From: Lachnospiraceae bacterium
GTDB lineage: Bacteria > Bacillota > Clostridia > Lachnospirales > Lachnospiraceae
Assembly (NCBI GenBank): GCA_051877855.1
Contig: JBJEJH010000052.1
Coordinates: 1,041-65,040 of the forward strand
Direction: 5' to 3'
DNA: 64,000 bases
This document shows positions 53,757 to 62,896 of the stretch, one piece after another (the stretch's first letter is position 1; each line of letters starts with the position of its first letter). Under the pieces are notes generated by a model. It was not told the origin of the DNA. It searched no databases and was given only the letters and a program-made list of their open reading frames with translations. A program made the translations under genes and the position numbers.

Positions 53757-54593
53757 TCACGCTTCTGCATACATCTTTTCCATGAAATCACGGGTCTCAA
53801 TAGCATTTTCCGGCTTGGTATTTTCCAGAGAGATATGCACAAAAGGCTTACGTTCCTTGATATACTTCATCAACAACGGATAGTTGAATCCGCCCTGACC
53901 TGCCGGAATGGATACCAGTTCATCGCCTTCCACACGATAATCCTTGCAGTGGATCACTGCAATATCATCTCCAAGGATCTCAAAGGCATCCCGGATAATC
54001 TGATCCTGATCCTTAATATTTCCCGGATACAAAAGATTCACCGGATCAAAAATGATCTGAAGGTTCGGCGAATTGATTGCATCAAGTACCTTCCTTGCAC
54101 GCTCTACATTACACACAATATGCTTATACACCGGCTCAATGGCAAATATTACACCCATCTTCTCACAGTATTCTACAACCGGACGAAGATTGTTAATAAA
54201 GAGCTCTAACGCTTCCTCCGAATGATTCGCCGGTTCATACTTGTATTCTGCATTAACTGCACCGGTTTCTGTTCCCACAACCGCACAGCCAAGAAGACTT
54301 GCAAAACGAATGTGTGCCTTATACTTCTCAAGGATTTCTGCCTGCTTTACCGGATCCGGATGACAAAGATTCAGATAACACCCAAGAACACAGATATCCA
54401 CCTTGTATTCCGTACATAATTCCTTAATATACAGTGCAAAACCCGGGGTCATCATTCCGATGTCCACCTTATAATCGTACACAGCCTTTGAAAGCGCCAA
54501 CTGCGTACAATGAAATCCTTTATTGTGAATATTTCTGATCAGCTCATCCAGCGGAGCTTTCTCCATATCATGTGCTCTGATACCTAATCTCAT
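53757..54593 (-). CDS. sugar phosphate isomerase/epimerase (xylose isomerase-like TIM barrel)
   Basis: MRLGIRAHD... start, alternating beta/alpha pattern, and IFAIEP and HCKD motifs typical of AP_endonuc_2/TIM-barrel proteins. Start at the ATG at 54593 after GGGAAGG. Confidence 0.7.
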   Translation of the reverse strand: MRLGIRAHDMEKAPLDELIRNIHNKGFHCTQLALSKAVYDYKVDIGMMTPGFALYIKELCTEYKVDICVLGCYLNLCHPDPVKQAEILEKYKAHIRFASLLGCAVVGTETGAVNAEYKYEPANHSEEALELFINNLRPVVEYCEKMGVIFAIEPVYKHIVCNVERARKVLDAINSPNLQIIFDPVNLLYPGNIKDQDQIIRDAFEILGDDIAVIHCKDYRVEGDELVSIPAGQGGFNYPLLMKYIKERKPFVHISLENTKPENAIETRDFMEKMYAEA

Positions 54594-54642
54594 ATCTCTA
54601 CCTTCCCATCCATAAATAAATTTACACATATAATTCACACAA

Positions 54643-54700
54643 GATAATGTTTGTGTATAATATTTCGTGGCAATTGCGAGCCGTCGCTACTTAGGTGCCG
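54643..54700 (+). repeat. copy C of the dispersed repeat (shortened); with copy B it forms a palindrome of about 135 bp
   Basis: GTTTGTGTATAATATTTCGTGGCAATTGCGAGCCGTCGCTACTTAGGTGCC. Its outer 24 nt are complementary, with 1 mismatch, to 54755..54778. Confidence 0.8.
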
Positions 54701-54814
54701 TATTCTGGCGCCTTATGTAGCGCTACGAGCTCGCTCTTAGTGCAAACGTGCCTCGAAATATTATACACAAACAATATCTTTTATGTAATTTAAAATATTA
54801 TCGCAAACGCCCAA
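54701..54814 (-). repeat. copy B of the dispersed repeat; right arm of the inverted repeat
   Basis: The reverse complement reads GGGCGTTTGCGATAAT...GTTTGTGTATAATATTTCGAGGCACGTTTGCACTAAGAGCGAGCTCGTAGCGCTACATAAGGCGCCAGAATAC. Confidence 0.85.
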
Positions 54815-54898
54815 ATAAATAATACTCTTTTCTGCAAAAAGTGTCAATAAAGTTACTTGTTTCCCAATGACACTCTTCCCACGACACTCCGGCATTGA

Positions 54899-56677
54899 TC
54901 ATTCAACACTCACGATATTTTTGATAATAACCTGCAAAGTTTTCCTTCCCATATACTCATTAACCGATGGATAATAGACAATTTTCATTCGTTTCCCTAC
55001 GGTAATCGAATGATACTCTTCTTCCTCAACGCCAAACTTCAGTGCCTCCACTGTTCTTCCCTGCTCATTAACCAGCAATAATTTCAATACATTCTTATTC
55101 TTACCGATAAGATCCACTCTTCTCACGATCAGATTACTGTCTGCAAATACCGGCTTCACATTACCATTGCCAAATGGCTCCAACAGATCCAACTGTTCCA
55201 CCAGCGACTCGGTGATATAATCCACCGGCATGGCCACATCAATCCACTCCCGTGGTATCAGATCCTCCTCTGTCAAATCACAATCCTCGTTGAGCCTTCT
55301 TCGAAATTCATCCAGATTCTCCGCAGGAAGGGATACACCTGCTGCCATGGGATGTCCTCCAAACTGTGTCATAAGATCTTTTACCTTGAGCAAATGCTCG
55401 AACATATTATAGCATTCGATAGAACGTCCGGATCCCTTGATTCCATGCTCCCCATTGGTAAGAATGATGGTTGGTCTGTAAAATCGCTCCCGTACCTTTC
55501 CCGCAATAATACCTGCCACACTCTCATGGCACTCCGGAAGATAGATGACTAAGACCTTATCCTGTTCATACGGACCATGCTCCACTTCTTCAATGGCCTT
55601 TTGCTTCTGTTCCTCTGTAATATTCTTTCGCTCTTCATTCAACATTTTTATTTTTTCGGCAAGATTCCCGGCCTCTTCACTACTTTTTGCAAGAAGTAAT
55701 TCCAGTGAATATTTTGCACTTTCAAGTCGCCCGCTGGCATTAAGACACGGCCCGAGAACAAAGGAAATATGATAGGAACTGATATGCCCGACTTCCAGAC
55801 CATTGACCTCCATCAATGCCCTTAATCCGAGATTTTCCGTATGATTTAATAAAGCTAATCCTTCCTTTACCAGAATACGATTCTCATCACACAATTCCAT
55901 AATATCTCCGATGGTTGCCACCGCAACCATCTCAAGAAGCTGATTGAGTATCCCCTGCATCTTTTGACGCAATGCATCCGAATCCACCTGATTTCCAACC
56001 GACAATTTACCTGCTGCCACATTTTTATACAGGCATTCGATCAACTTATACGCAACCCCGGCGCCACATAATTTCTTAAAAGGATAAGCACAATCTTCCT
56101 GCTTCGGGTTAATAACCGCATCCGCCGGGGGAAGAATGTAGCGCTGATTTCCCTGATCATCCTCCACAAAATGAATATCATGGTGATCCGTCACAATGAC
56201 TGTCATTCCAAGCTCTTTGGCTCTTGCAATCTGCGGAATCTGTGCAATACCGTTATCACAGGTCAGAATCGTGTCAACCCCCTCTTCTCCTGCTTCCTCC
56301 ACCAGATGAATGTTAATACCATAGCCATCCGTCACACGATGGGGAATCACATAATCCACATCACCGCCTAATTCCCGCAGGCCACGAAGGAGAATGTAGG
56401 TGGAAGATACGCCGTCAATATCATAATCACCGATGATTCGAATCTTTTTCCCCCGGGCAATTCGGTCCGCTAAAAGGTTCATCCCCTTCTCCATGTCTTT
56501 CATCAGCATCCCATCATACAAATCGGCTCTGCTGCCATAAAGATACTTTTGAATTGCCTCATCACCCTCGATGTCACGATTGCGCATAATACGGGCAATG
56601 ACCTTGTCAATATGATATTTTTCACCAATAGCATCAAAATCTGCCTGTTTTGCGTAGATTCGCCAATTTATCTTCAT
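54899..56677 (-). CDS. recJ: single-stranded-DNA-specific exonuclease RecJ
   Basis: DHH motifs (IIGDYDIDGVSS, VTDHH) and DHHA1 (GGHPMAAG); 592 aa. Confidence 0.92.
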   Translation of the reverse strand: MKINWRIYAKQADFDAIGEKYHIDKVIARIMRNRDIEGDEAIQKYLYGSRADLYDGMLMKDMEKGMNLLADRIARGKKIRIIGDYDIDGVSSTYILLRGLRELGGDVDYVIPHRVTDGYGINIHLVEEAGEEGVDTILTCDNGIAQIPQIARAKELGMTVIVTDHHDIHFVEDDQGNQRYILPPADAVINPKQEDCAYPFKKLCGAGVAYKLIECLYKNVAAGKLSVGNQVDSDALRQKMQGILNQLLEMVAVATIGDIMELCDENRILVKEGLALLNHTENLGLRALMEVNGLEVGHISSYHISFVLGPCLNASGRLESAKYSLELLLAKSSEEAGNLAEKIKMLNEERKNITEEQKQKAIEEVEHGPYEQDKVLVIYLPECHESVAGIIAGKVRERFYRPTIILTNGEHGIKGSGRSIECYNMFEHLLKVKDLMTQFGGHPMAAGVSLPAENLDEFRRRLNEDCDLTEEDLIPREWIDVAMPVDYITESLVEQLDLLEPFGNGNVKPVFADSNLIVRRVDLIGKNKNVLKLLLVNEQGRTVEALKFGVEEEEYHSITVGKRMKIVYYPSVNEYMGRKTLQVIIKNIVSVE

Positions 56678-56803
56678 CTAAATTTACCTCAAAACCAATA
56701 TTAATTTTTCTCCAAAGCCCGGTCCCGCTTTGAAGCAAATGTTGTCTTTTCCTCCTGCATAATATATAATAATCCCAAAATAAAGGGAGGCGTTCTTTGC
56801 ACA

Positions 56804-57331
56804 ATGAACACAGACAATATCATTCTGATTGGGATGCCCGGCGCCGGCAAAAGCACCATCGGAGTCATCCTTGCCAAGATTCTCGGATATCAATTCATCG
56901 ATTCCGATTTACTGATTCAACAACAAACCGGAAAGTTATTAAAGGAATTAATCGCCGAACACGGTGATGATGGATTCTTATCCATAGAAAATGACATCAA
57001 TGCTTCCATTGATGTCCACCACTGTATTATTGCCACAGGAGGAAGCGCTGTCTATGGAGAAGAAGCTATGAACCATTTTAAGAAAATCGGTACTGTAATA
57101 TACCTTGCCGCATCCTACGAGAGTCTCAACCGGCGTTTATCCAACCTCACGGCCCGGGGTGTTGTACTAAAACCGGGGCAGACGCTTCTTGATCTGTACC
57201 ATGAGCGTTGTTCACTCTATGAGCATTATGCAGACCTTACCATTGATGAACAATCCTTAGATATTGAAGGTGTCATCGAACGGATCCTATCCGGACTAAA
57301 AACTTGTGAAACCGGATTTAAGGAAGAATAA
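56804..57331 (+). CDS. aroK: shikimate kinase
   Basis: P-loop GMPGAGKSTIG; 175 aa. Confidence 0.88.
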   Translation: MNTDNIILIGMPGAGKSTIGVILAKILGYQFIDSDLLIQQQTGKLLKELIAEHGDDGFLSIENDINASIDVHHCIIATGGSAVYGEEAMNHFKKIGTVIYLAASYESLNRRLSNLTARGVVLKPGQTLLDLYHERCSLYEHYADLTIDEQSLDIEGVIERILSGLKTCETGFKEE

Positions 57332-58372
57332 TTACCTGGACCTTTTCTCCGGCTTCTTAATACACATACCGTAAACCCATGCAATACTTACAATAATCAT
57401 AAACACTCCCAGAATCTGGGTGCCATACCACAACACATACATGCCGGAATAGCGCTGTACCAGGTATTCCGATACACCGCCAATGCCAATACCCAGCACA
57501 AATATAATCAAAGGAATAATGTTTCCTTTGAAGCTCTTATTGGCTTTGGTGGACATCATCAGATAATAGGCCACCACATATACACAGAATAATGCTCCAA
57601 GAAACTGTGATAATCCCATAAAGCTCGCACCCTTATTCAGGGATGCCAATACCTCCCCGGGGAAAGACAGGTGTGCCGCATCATAACGGATCGAATCGAT
57701 CACAACCTCCATTCCGCCATATAGCACAAGGAATAATCGAAAGGTATGGCCATATGTCTTTAAGGGTGCCTTCTTCTCCCATCCTGCATCTTTCACATAA
57801 AATATTACCAACAACACAGTAATCACCAACAAACAGATAAAGGAAACCATAAATGCCGCAAAACGGTATTCTACATCTCCCGCCGAATCGGTGCTGGCGA
57901 TGGCAAAAGGCAGGTGTTGAAACATTTTGTTTTGAACAAGCATCTTGCCGCGGCACCCATCCGTAAATGCATCCGACAATCGAACCAAAGCGAGGATAAA
58001 GGTAAGTCCCGGTGCGACGGCATCTAACATTTCATGATGGGATTTACTCCGGGTAAATGGTCCCAGGGCAAAGGCAACCATCCACACTGCAAACAGTACA
58101 CCCGGAATCAGAAAATCCCCCTTGGCAAAATTCGTCATTGCATCCTTAAATCCATCATACTGTTCCATGTAACAATACCAATGAAACACTCTTCCAAGAA
58201 TTAACGAAAGCAACAGGGTCAACGGAAAATATATCGCCATGATATACCTGTTGCGTTCTCTTCCATAGTAAAGTGCCAGCGTAATCATACAACCCGCAAT
58301 CATTCCAAGAAAAATAAGGACATGACGCCAATATATAATCATTTCTCCAAAATAAACAGCTATCGGTTCCAT
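57332..58372 (-). CDS. polytopic membrane protein, divergent Lgt (prolipoprotein diacylglyceryl transferase)-like
   Basis: The N-terminus PIAVYFGEMIIYWRHVLIFLGMIAG and LILGRVFHWY resemble Lgt. The GRxGNFxNxE region reads VRLSDAFTDG. Confidence 0.4.
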   Translation of the reverse strand: MEPIAVYFGEMIIYWRHVLIFLGMIAGCMITLALYYGRERNRYIMAIYFPLTLLLSLILGRVFHWYCYMEQYDGFKDAMTNFAKGDFLIPGVLFAVWMVAFALGPFTRSKSHHEMLDAVAPGLTFILALVRLSDAFTDGCRGKMLVQNKMFQHLPFAIASTDSAGDVEYRFAAFMVSFICLLVITVLLVIFYVKDAGWEKKAPLKTYGHTFRLFLVLYGGMEVVIDSIRYDAAHLSFPGEVLASLNKGASFMGLSQFLGALFCVYVVAYYLMMSTKANKSFKGNIIPLIIFVLGIGIGGVSEYLVQRYSGMYVLWYGTQILGVFMIIVSIAWVYGMCIKKPEKRSR

Positions 58373-58375
58373 CTC

Positions 58376-59974
58376 TTATTCTCCCTCCGGAAGTGCGGTC
58401 GCAAAATAAATGATATCACTTACCGTTCTCTCATTGCCGTAATCAATCCAATTCACAATTTTATTATTTATAACAAGCTCCCCGGTCTGTCCACCATCCA
58501 GATTATAGCCCTGGACAACACCCTTGTCGAACATATACCGGGCAAAATCATTGACATCAACAACCTCGGCATTGGTATAATGTCCTACATCCGCATACAG
58601 ATAATGTAATTGATCGATCTGACCAATACCGGCTCTGGAATAAGTTTCAAGAACCTGTCCCACCGGATATCCATTACACGGAATACGTTCTCCATCCTTT
58701 ATCAGAATCGGTCCAAATGCCAGAGAAAACTGAATATGATTCTGATCCACATACTCCTGAAGTTCCTCCTTTGTTTTGCGGTTACCACGCTCCAGAAAAT
58801 GAAAATCACCATTATCGTCAACAAACAATGTATCAAGAGACGTATCTGCCCTTCGAACTTTTCTGTCATATACCGTAACTCCGAGATTACGAAATGCATA
58901 AAAATCCGCATTCATGGCCGCTACTGCATTGGTCTGCTTCGCCATTAAGGTACAATAATACTGCTTTCCCGATCCATAAGTATCATCTGCAATCTTTCGT
59001 CTGAATTGTGATGCGTCCGCTACCTTGATCTCACAGAATGCAGCTACATGGCCTTCCATCCATTCTTTCCAGGAGATAACCATAATGGTCTCATCATAGT
59101 AGTAATGAATATCTCCATAAAAATCTACATCATTTCTAAATGCCACCTCCTGACCATCCAGAAGACCACTTTCCTTCGCCTGATCAATCACTGCCATTAC
59201 CCGATCAACATCCCCCGGCAAAACAACACCGAAATTTTCTTCCCGGGGCACAGGTACATCTTTACCCTCGATTCGATAGATCTTACGCATCACCTGATGT
59301 TCTGCAAGATACTCATTTAACACCCGCATCTTAATGTCCTCTGCGACGTTCCTGACATTCGTGGACAATACTTTATCCACCGAGGTAAGCATCCATCCTG
59401 CATCACCATAATGAAGTGTCACATCATAACTTTCCGAAGTGATAAATTTTTCTTTATATTTCAGAGATCTATGCAACGTCTCCAAGTAAACCTGATCCAA
59501 AAAGCTCTGCTGATAATTTCCATCCGGATCATAGATCTCATCCTTTGGCGATGCATCAATTCTCTTCTTAAGAACCTCATCGATCCGCTCCAGTGCATCC
59601 TGTTCCAAAAGATCCATATTCAGATAGCTAAACTCAACCCCCTGGGTTGCCTCCAGCCCATTCACAATCATCTCACCGGTTAATTCATAAGAAAAACTAT
59701 CTTCCAGGGCTCTTTTGAGCAGCCGTGCTTCTTCGCTCTCTAACTTATTCTCAATGTTAAATGTTTCAGCGTCTCTAAGATATGTACGTGCCTTGGCATA
59801 ATCCTTACCCACCACGGCATCATAATATCGTGTCAGTTGCTCCTTCGGATCCCCGGTGGTCTTTACACAGATCGTACCAAGAAACAGCGATGCCACGCCA
59901 ACAACCAGAGCTACCAAGGAGCAGACCGCTGCCACTCTTGCTATTTTTACATTAATCACATCAGTATCTTTCAT
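58376..59974 (-). CDS. membrane-anchored phosphodiester glycosidase (DUF2233/NAGPA)-domain protein
   Basis: N-terminal TM helix and a C-terminal domain ending ...GYNLDGGQTGELV..., typical of NAGPA-like domains. Confidence 0.6.
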   Translation of the reverse strand: MKDTDVINVKIARVAAVCSLVALVVGVASLFLGTICVKTTGDPKEQLTRYYDAVVGKDYAKARTYLRDAETFNIENKLESEEARLLKRALEDSFSYELTGEMIVNGLEATQGVEFSYLNMDLLEQDALERIDEVLKKRIDASPKDEIYDPDGNYQQSFLDQVYLETLHRSLKYKEKFITSESYDVTLHYGDAGWMLTSVDKVLSTNVRNVAEDIKMRVLNEYLAEHQVMRKIYRIEGKDVPVPREENFGVVLPGDVDRVMAVIDQAKESGLLDGQEVAFRNDVDFYGDIHYYYDETIMVISWKEWMEGHVAAFCEIKVADASQFRRKIADDTYGSGKQYYCTLMAKQTNAVAAMNADFYAFRNLGVTVYDRKVRRADTSLDTLFVDDNGDFHFLERGNRKTKEELQEYVDQNHIQFSLAFGPILIKDGERIPCNGYPVGQVLETYSRAGIGQIDQLHYLYADVGHYTNAEVVDVNDFARYMFDKGVVQGYNLDGGQTGELVINNKIVNWIDYGNERTVSDIIYFATALPEGE

Positions 59975-60166
59975 AAAACATCCTTAATTTATGTATTAAA
60001 TAATATTATACATCATCCCTTCGGTTACTGCACTTGAAATTTTATTACATTTTCATTACAAATCGTTCCATAATGCCACAAAAAATCCCAACCGGAAGAA
60101 ATCCATATACCACAGATTTTCATTCCGATTGGGATGATTGCTTCTTATTCCGTTGTCATAAGAATA

Positions 60167-61024
60167 TTAGTAGCCCATAAACAACTGTGCAATTGGCGAA
60201 TTTGATGGAAGTACAATGGTTTTATTACCACCCTCAAAGGAATTCTCCAGTGCCTCCAGTGAGCGGATAAATGTATAGAATTCCCTTCTGGATTCATCAC
60301 CATAGGCCTCTGCAAGAATTCTCATGTACTCAGCCTCGCCCTCAGCCTCAATCTGAGCCGCCTTCGCCTGGGCATCCGAGAGACTGATAGACACATCCTT
60401 GTCCGTAGTATTCTTGATGACCTGTGCATCCGCATTACCCTCTGCAGTATAGGTTGCCGCAATCTGGGAACGCTCTGAAATCATACGCTCATATACCGCA
60501 TTCTTGTTGTCTTCCGGAAGATCCAGACGCTTGGTCTGTACCGAAATAATGGTAATACCATACGGGTCCATACTTGTTCCGATATTTTCCATAATCTTCT
60601 CATCCAGACCACCCTTACGGGAACTGATGACATCATTCTGCTGCATACTACTGATGACATTTTTAATAGAATTATAAACAACAGCATCGATACGGCTCTC
60701 CGCTGATGACACGGATGAATTCAGGGTCTGGGCAAACTTTAAAGGATCGGAGATATTCCAAAGAACATAACTGTCTGCAATCATGGTTTTCTTGTCCCTG
60801 GTAATAACATCGGACTGTTTCAGATCATAAATCAGTATCTTCTTCGGCAACTTATCAACCGACTGGATAAACGGAAGCTTAAAGCTTAATCCTGCCTCAC
60901 TTTTGATGGTACTGATCTTACCAAACTGGCGAATTAATGTATATTCATCCTCATTCGTTACCACGATGGAGGATAAACCTAAGAAACAAACCAGAATAAC
61001 AATAACCCAACTCATTTTTTTCAT
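60167..61024 (-). CDS. hflC: SPFH/band-7 protein, HflC-like
   Basis: N-terminal TM helix plus an SPFH domain, immediately downstream of hflK. The choice between ATG 61030 and 61024 is uncertain. Confidence 0.8.
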   Translation of the reverse strand: MKKMSWVIVILVCFLGLSSIVVTNEDEYTLIRQFGKISTIKSEAGLSFKLPFIQSVDKLPKKILIYDLKQSDVITRDKKTMIADSYVLWNISDPLKFAQTLNSSVSSAESRIDAVVYNSIKNVISSMQQNDVISSRKGGLDEKIMENIGTSMDPYGITIISVQTKRLDLPEDNKNAVYERMISERSQIAATYTAEGNADAQVIKNTTDKDVSISLSDAQAKAAQIEAEGEAEYMRILAEAYGDESRREFYTFIRSLEALENSFEGGNKTIVLPSNSPIAQLFMGY

Positions 61025-61037
61025 ATCCATCGCCCCC

Positions 61038-62054
61038 TTATCGTGTTGCATTCGCAGTATCTGTCGCATTTGCTGCGTTTGCATTATTCGTTGTATTTTG
61101 TGCTGTTCCGGTTGTAGTCATAAATGGTTCCAGCGGAAGCATGGTGGTCACTCCGGAACCTTCATCCGATACAATAACCTTCACTCCCGGAAGAACTTTC
61201 TCCATGGTTTCAAAATACATTCGTCTCATAGTCACTTCCGGATTCTTCACATACTCCTCATACATGGCATTAAATCTTGCCACTTGCGCATTTGCCTCAT
61301 TAATACGCTGTGTCTTTGAAGCCTCTGCATCCTTTAAGATCTGATCCACCTTAGCCTGCGCCTCCGGCAGTTTCTCATTGGCATACTTATTAGCATTGTT
61401 AATCGAGGTCTCCTTCGCCTGCTTTGCCGTCTCAACAGCCTTAAATGCCTCCATGACCTGTGTTGTCGGCGGCTCCGAATCCTGAATCGTAATATTAACT
61501 AACGCCACACCAATATCATTCTCTTCCAGTTCACGGATCATTTCCTGCTTAATCGTTGCCTGAATCTCTGATTTACCCGTGGTAAGAACATCATCTACAT
61601 TGTACTGTCCGATGACTCTGCGGATACAGCTCTGTGCAACATTTTTCAGAATTTTCTCCGGCTCATCCGAAGCGTACACCGCTTTAATCGGATCTGAGAA
61701 ACGATACTCCACATAGAAATCCACATTAACAAAATTGTAATCCAATGTGATCATCATGGATTCTTCATCCACTGAATTTCCATAATCATCATAGCCCAGT
61801 TTAATTCCCTTGATCGTGGTATTTACCTTCTCCACCTGCTGAATAAACGGAATCTTAAAATGAAGACCGGACTGTGTTACCGAGCTTGCCTTACCAAATG
61901 TGGTAAGCACCGCCTGCTCCTGCTCATTGATGGTGTAAAATGAATCCAGCAGAAGAATTGCAACGATTACCCCCACAATAATAAACTTTGCAGTAGATTT
62001 GGTCTTTTTGCCAAATTCCCTTGCCTTTCCGTTGATTACCGTATTATCTTCCAT
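61038..62054 (-). CDS. hflK: SPFH/band-7 protein, HflK-like
   Basis: TM helix, SPFH domain (GLHFKIPFIQQVEKV), coiled-coil region and Thr/Asn/Ala-rich tail. Confidence 0.8.
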   Translation of the reverse strand: MEDNTVINGKAREFGKKTKSTAKFIIVGVIVAILLLDSFYTINEQEQAVLTTFGKASSVTQSGLHFKIPFIQQVEKVNTTIKGIKLGYDDYGNSVDEESMMITLDYNFVNVDFYVEYRFSDPIKAVYASDEPEKILKNVAQSCIRRVIGQYNVDDVLTTGKSEIQATIKQEMIRELEENDIGVALVNITIQDSEPPTTQVMEAFKAVETAKQAKETSINNANKYANEKLPEAQAKVDQILKDAEASKTQRINEANAQVARFNAMYEEYVKNPEVTMRRMYFETMEKVLPGVKVIVSDEGSGVTTMLPLEPFMTTTGTAQNTTNNANAANATDTANATR

Positions 62055-62197
62055 ACGATTTCCTCCCTTTTCTTTTGAGATTACTTACAACCCCCTTGGA
62101 TTGTTTTTGTTCTCTTTTTGTTTTCTTGTTTCCTTTTGCTGTATGCCAGGATCGGCGCCCCGTCTTATATCTTAGATACTCATGATTAAAAGTTCTA

Positions 62198-62370
62198 GAA
62201 AAAAAGACTTCTATCATGGCATAAGCAATGCCATAATAAAAGTCTTGCAATTTACATAAGCTGCGGAACAGATAATTCTGATCGTACTGACGCATGCATA
62301 AACGAAAACCCGTTTGCTACTCCCTTTTATTAGGTGATCTTAATATAACACAGAGTTTATATTTTGTCAA
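62198..62370 (-). promoter_or_regulatory. promoter-to-terminator unit of about 140 nt upstream of hflKC (candidate sRNA or attenuating leader)
   Basis: Minus strand: TTGACA (62370..62365), 17 nt, TATATT (62347..62342). An 18-bp stem AGACUUUUAUUAUGGCAU/AUGCCAUGAUAGAAGUCU (62245..62205, 2 G-U pairs) is followed by U7. Confidence 0.5.
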
Positions 62371-62442
62371 TAAATTAACGAAATTTTAATAAATTCTTAA
62401 TATTTCATTTCCCTATAATATGACAAACTCCGATATTACGTA

Positions 62443-62799
62443 TTATCCGTTAATCTTTGCTCCACACTTTGGACAGAATGATGCTTCACCTACAATATCC
62501 TCACCACAAACCGGACATACCTTCGTTCCCTTGACCTCACGAATCTGAGCATTTAATGTGGCTATTCCTGCCTGTGCAGTCTTAATAGACTCGAAATCAG
62601 CGGCATACTCATTACCCTCTTCATCCTTATGGGCTTCATAGTACTTCTTACCAATACTCTTATAGATCTCATCCAGCTGATTCTCCTGTGTACGGATCTG
62701 GTTCTTCAGTGAAACGACCTCGGTCATCTCCTTCGCCTTCTGTGAAATCTCCTCTCCTGTCGCTGCAAGTTTTTCCCCTAACTTATCAAAAAAATCCAT
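62443..62799 (-). CDS. coiled-coil protein with a C-terminal zinc ribbon
   Basis: CPVCG...CPKCG at the C-terminus. Start at the ATG at 62799, 7 nt after AGGAGG. Confidence 0.65.
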   Translation of the reverse strand: MDFFDKLGEKLAATGEEISQKAKEMTEVVSLKNQIRTQENQLDEIYKSIGKKYYEAHKDEEGNEYAADFESIKTAQAGIATLNAQIREVKGTKVCPVCGEDIVGEASFCPKCGAKING

Positions 62800-62896
62800 A
62801 ATACAACCTCCTGTATCTTTGTCCATTACGTAAAAAGGACAGACTATTTATAACATATTTATTATAAACAATCTGTCCAGGAAAATCAATAAATTC

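Noticed and set aside
54643-54814. Integron attC-like site, considered because it is an imperfect palindrome next to a single-gene cassette.
   Set aside because: The ends read GTTTGTG/CACAAAC, which do not fit the GTTRRRY/RYYYAAC core sites. No integrase gene or attI is in the window.
56684-56893. 69-aa minus-strand ORF in the recJ/aroK divergent region.
   Set aside because: It overlaps the aroK start in antisense and the promoter region, and has no RBS or recognisable motif.
62044-62295. 83-aa ORF upstream of and overlapping the hflK start.
   Set aside because: It reads straight through an 18-bp terminator stem and U-run. Its C-terminus is low-complexity and Lys/Arg-rich, and there is no properly spaced RBS. 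An RNA element is more likely (see findings).
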